From Candidatus Cloacimonadales bacterium (lineage in GTDB: Bacteria > Cloacimonadota > Cloacimonadia > Cloacimonadales > JAFGVF01), in NCBI GenBank assembly GCA_963663475.2, contig CAXXJV010000001.1, positions 1,792,001-1,856,000 of the forward strand: 64,000 bases of DNA, written 5' to 3'. This document shows, piece after piece, positions 60,566 through 64,000 of the stretch (positions within the stretch are counted from its first letter, which is position 1; every line of letters starts with the position of its first letter). The translations under genes and the position numbers were made by a program. The notes beneath the pieces are model-generated. The model did not search any database. It was given only the letters and a program-made list of their open reading frames with translations, and had not been told where the DNA came from.

Positions 60566-60683
60566 TTAACCCAAATAATGCATTAGACATTGGTGAATTT
60601 ACTTGTAGCATCCTTATTCCTTCCTTTACACTCTTTCGATGAAAGTCCGCCTTTCATCGAAAGAGTGTAAAGGATGGAATAAG
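60566..60683 (+). repeat. TTAA family left end followed by GTAG long hairpin (family 2, copy 2 at 60605-60683)
   Basis: ttaacccaaataatgcattaga; gtagcatccttattcc...gatgaaag-tccgc-ctttcatc...ggaataag. Confidence 0.85.
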
Positions 60684-60770
60684 AAAGGAATAAGAAAGAT
60701 CATGGTTTTCAATCCCTAATAGTGCTTTCCCTAAATCCTAATACTTAAGTAGATTTTATTAAGAATCAAA

Positions 60771-60802
60771 AAGAAAAAGTCCCATTAATAGGACTTTTTC
60801 TT
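60771..60802 (-). terminator. Rho-independent terminator
   Basis: aagaaaaagtcc...ggactttttctt. Confidence 0.65.
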
Positions 60803-60822
60803 AACTATAAATACTAAAGATT

Positions 60823-62304
60823 TTATTTCATGAGTAGCATTTTATGAATAGCTTCTTCTTTATCTGTTTTTAACCTTAGATAATAGACACCAGAAGGCAT
60901 GTCTTTTTTATTATCATCTTTTCCATTCCAGACAAGATTATGGTTTCCTCTAGCATAATATCCAGATTCTAAATTAGAAATTTTCTGACCTTTTAAATTA
61001 AATATTTCACTAGTAAGATAAGTTCTTTCATTTATATTGAAGGATATAGTTGTTTGGGGATTGAAAGGGTTAGGATAGTTTCTAACTGAGAAGTTTGGAC
61101 TTACTACTTGGTTGCTTTCGTTTGAGACTTGTTCAATTGTGGAAGTAACGAAGTCGATATCATTATCAGAAACTCTCACAAGAATCTCTTCCCATTCTCC
61201 CATTATTAGTTGGGAAGCTTGCTCACTAATAAATACAACTTCTTGGGAAAAATCATGTGATTGAGGGTAGAAAGAGAGACTATCAGTGCCGTCAATTACT
61301 GCTTGGCTTGTAAGAGGGAAGTTGCCATTTGAATCAAAATAACTAAAAGAAAGCAATCCAGTAATTGGATCAGGAGAAATAGACGAAATCTCAGGTAGGA
61401 TATTTTCGTTCTCTTCTAAAGTTAACTCATCAAGGAAAACTACAGCTGGGTAAGTGTAATCGGTTTCTTGCATACCGCCAGCTAGAGTAATCATGCCAGT
61501 TCCTGCTACAGTGCTAAACATTGCTTGGTCAGGATCAAACCAACTATTAAAATCCTCATCAGCATAGAGGTCAGACCAATCACAAGAAAGAATGAGTAAG
61601 TTATTATCTTGGTCAATTACAGTTTCGATATCACCAATAAGTTGGATATCTGTCATTTCCATTCCTGTAATTTTGTAGAGTCCTGGCTGTATAATACCAG
61701 CTTGATTTACAGTGTAGAGGAGACCAAAAGGTGCTAAAGCAATATCATTAGGAATTATCAGAGATATGTAAGAGTAGAAAGGACCCCAAATAGCTTCACT
61801 AACAGGGAAACCTCCACCGTTATTCTCGATAGCGAAATAGAGCTTTTCTTCATCATAAGTAAAATGTGTAGAGATAATATCTAGAAAAGATTCATCAACA
61901 GAAGCATCTTCAGAAGAATCATTCAGTAACCAGTTTAAATCATTGCTTGAAGGCTGCTCTTGACCAGTCCAAGGAATTGGTTGAATTGCAACACCTGCAT
62001 CTAATTCAGAAACAACATCATTATAGGCCCTAATGCCAATATGACGAGGAGTTTGATCAGGGGCAGGTAAGATAGCCTGATAGCTAGCTAATGTATTGTC
62101 TATGTGGCTAAAATCAACATATTGCCATTGGCCACTATCTTGATAATAAAAAGAAAGATCATAAAAGGAAACAAGTTCTCCTCTAGTTACAATCTGATTG
62201 TCTTGATTAATAGCAGAAAATCTCAAGTTATTAATAAGGGGTGAGGCAGCTAGATTTACTATGATGAGTAAAATTACAAAGCTAAGAGCGGTTTTTTTCA
62301 TATA
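60823..62304 (-). CDS. Secreted protein with FlgD/T9SS-type C-terminal domain
   Basis: Signal peptide MKKTALSF; NYPNPFNPQTTISF...FNLKGQKI...WNGKD...SGVYYLRL. Confidence 0.85.
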   Translation of the reverse strand, partial: YMKKTALSFVILLIIVNLAASPLINNLRFSAINQDNQIVTRGELVSFYDLSFYYQDSGQWQYVDFSHIDNTLASYQAILPAPDQTPRHIGIRAYNDVVSELDAGVAIQPIPWTGQEQPSSNDLNWLLNDSSEDASVDESFLDIISTHFTYDEEKLYFAIENNGGGFPVSEAIWGPFYSYISLIIPNDIALAPFGLLYTVNQAGIIQPGLYKITGMEMTDIQLIGDIETVIDQDNNLLILSCDWSDLYADEDFNSWFDPDQAMFSTVAGTGMITLAGGMQETDYTYPAVVFLDELTLEENENILPEISSISPDPITGLLSFSYFDSNGNFPLTSQAVIDGTDSLSFYPQSHDFSQEVVFISEQASQLIMGEWEEILVRVSDNDIDFVTSTIEQVSNESNQVVSPNFSVRNYPNPFNPQTTISFNINERTYLTSEIFNLKGQKISNLESGYYARGNHNLVWNGKDDNKKDMPSGVYYLRLKTDKEEAIHKMLLMK

Positions 62305-62309
62305 TTCTC

Positions 62310-62990
62310 CTAATTCCAAAATTTATAAGTTATTGTTAAGGCATGACTTTGATTACTAAGAACCACAGGAGCCATATCTTGATAAGTTGGGAAATTAATT
62401 TTATACCAGCTGAGTGAAAAGCGATAGTCAAGTCCTAAAGGTAAACCTAAAGACTCTAAATCACTAGAAAAGCCATAGAGTAAACTATAGTCAAATTCAT
62501 CTAAATCTTTTATCTTGTATGAATCTTCTAAAGGGATGTAAGTTATAGATTCACCATTAGTCATTTTTACTTGTCCTTTAAGGTCATAGTGAGCACTTAA
62601 AAGGTAAGAGAAGGAGAAACCAACTTGACTGTAAATATTGATTCTTCCTAAATTTATAAGTTTGTATTTAATTAAAAAAGGAACTTCTAAGTAATCTAAA
62701 TCATATTGAAGATTAAAATTAACTGGCTGTTCTTTAACAGTAATCCTTTGTTTAGAACCTTTTTGAGAGTAAAGTACTTCTTGAACTAGATGAAGATTAT
62801 CAGTTATTATATGCTCAGAATAGAGACCTGTTCTCAAAACCGGATATGTTTTAATATCAATGTTATAGTCTGCTGCTTGATCTTTAGATCCATAAGCTTG
62901 GGCAAGACCACCACCAAAAATAAAACCAAAATCTGTAGCTGAAAGACAAATATTAATTAATAAGAAAGCAATAATTAGTAATTTATTCAC
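62310..62990 (-). CDS. Outer-membrane beta-barrel (PorT/OMP_b-brl_2-like)
   Basis: Signal peptide; QEVLYSQKG, LDYLEVP, aromatic C-terminus. Confidence 0.75.
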   Translation of the reverse strand: MNKLLIIAFLLINICLSATDFGFIFGGGLAQAYGSKDQAADYNIDIKTYPVLRTGLYSEHIITDNLHLVQEVLYSQKGSKQRITVKEQPVNFNLQYDLDYLEVPFLIKYKLINLGRINIYSQVGFSFSYLLSAHYDLKGQVKMTNGESITYIPLEDSYKIKDLDEFDYSLLYGFSSDLESLGLPLGLDYRFSLSWYKINFPTYQDMAPVVLSNQSHALTITYKFWN

Positions 62991-63011
62991 CCAGTTAACC
63001 TCTTGAAGTGC

Positions 63012-63047
63012 AAAAAATAATGGTTGGAAAATAACTTTCCAACCATT
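63012..63047 (-). terminator. Terminator after trxA
   Basis: aatggttggaaa-ataac-tttccaaccatt with an A-run on the left. Confidence 0.7.
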
Positions 63048-63055
63048 TAAATTTA

Positions 63056-63367
63056 TTAAAGGAAATTCTTAATTTTATTGGCAAGAACACTCTTAGAAAC
63101 AACACCAACAGTTTGATCTACTTCTTTACCATCTTTGAAAATTAGAATAGTAGGAATACTCATAATATTGAACTTAGCGGTTAACTCAGGATAATCATCT
63201 ACATTTAATTTATATACTTTCACTTCAGGCATTTCTTTAGCTATATCTTCTACAACAGGTGTCATAAGCCTACAAGGACCACACCAAATAGCCCAGAAGT
63301 CTACTATACTTACACCCTCTTTGACTGAATCTGCGAAATTTTCATTAGTAAGAGATATTAAAGACAT
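63056..63367 (-). CDS. trxA: Thioredoxin
   Basis: DFWAIWCGPC, SIPT. Confidence 0.95.
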   Translation of the reverse strand: MSLISLTNENFADSVKEGVSIVDFWAIWCGPCRLMTPVVEDIAKEMPEVKVYKLNVDDYPELTAKFNIMSIPTILIFKDGKEVDQTVGVVSKSVLANKIKNFL

Positions 63368-63452
63368 AAATCCTCCAGATCGATTTTATGATATTATAGT
63401 AGCTTTTTAGCTGATAACAAGAAAAAAATATAAAAAAAGTAAATACTTGCTT

Positions 63453-64000
63453 TTAGATTAACATCTTTCTTATTGGTTTTGAAATAAAGGTTATAAATAA
63501 TGTCAGCATAATCATAATTGAAGACAAGGCATTGATCGTAGTGACTGAACCTCTTCTTATAGCACTCTCAACATAGACAGGCAGGGTAGAAAAACCTCTA
63601 CCAGTTGAGAAGAAGGTAATAATGAAATCGTCTAAGGAAAGAGTAAAAGCCAAGAGGCCAGCAGCAAGTATCCCTGGCAATATTATCGGAAATTTTACCT
63701 TCCAAAAGAACTGACTCTTGTTAGCTCCTAAATCCATAGCAGCTTCTTGTAAAGAGTTGTCAAATCCCTGCAGTCTTGATTGAATTACAATAATTGTGTA
63801 AGAAACACAAAAGGTTATATGGGCAATTATAACAGTTAATTTTCCCATAGGGAAACGTAAGAAACTAAACAACATAGCAATAGAAACACCCATGAGAATA
63901 TCTGGCATTACTAAGGGTAAGAAGATAATTCCCTGTAAGAATTTCTTGGCTTTAAAGTATTTGTTTTCTAAACCTAAAGCTGTTACCAAGCCTATTGCTG
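63453..64000 (-). CDS. PotC-like polyamine ABC transporter permease (5' end outside window)
   Basis: PLVMPDI, AHITF, EAAMDLGA, FTLSLDDF, TLP. Confidence 0.85.
   Translation of the reverse strand, partial: AIGLVTALGLENKYFKAKKFLQGIIFLPLVMPDILMGVSIAMLFSFLRFPMGKLTVIIAHITFCVSYTIIVIQSRLQGFDNSLQEAAMDLGANKSQFFWKVKFPIILPGILAAGLLAFTLSLDDFIITFFSTGRGFSTLPVYVESAIRRGSVTTINALSSIMIMLTLFITFISKPIRKMLI

Overview
AT-rich bacterial chromosomal window, probably Cloacimonadota or a related FCB-group anaerobe (inferred from a FlgD/T9SS-type C-terminal domain protein, LruC and FGE lipoproteins and a giant hybrid kinase; not verified). 1.1-15.1 kb is a defence island: degenerate-PLD/SNF2 helicase, DUF4391, type III Mod, a truncated DUF1016, type III Res, then a PHP-ABC-ATPase overlapping an AlbA_2/HATPase gene. 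20.7-26.1 kb holds McrBC and an AAA ATPase. The rest is mainly housekeeping: ABC exporters, gmhA, tRNA-Leu, tig-clpP-clpX, a class C-like group II intron behind the clpX terminator, gpmA, a nucleoside uptake operon, uvrC coupled to an 1824-aa Ser/Thr-kinase/His-kinase hybrid, and trxA. The main unexplained signal is intergenic. There is a dispersed family of TTAA-bounded rod-like palindromes (about 10 copies, roughly 30-170 bp, with compensatory base changes), plus GC-rich mosaics of REP-like hairpin modules. Some of these recur in conserved order as direct or inverted repeats around defence genes and punctuate small orphan genes in a cassette-like way. No integrase or transposase is encoded in the window. 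All family assignments come from motif recognition, not database searches.
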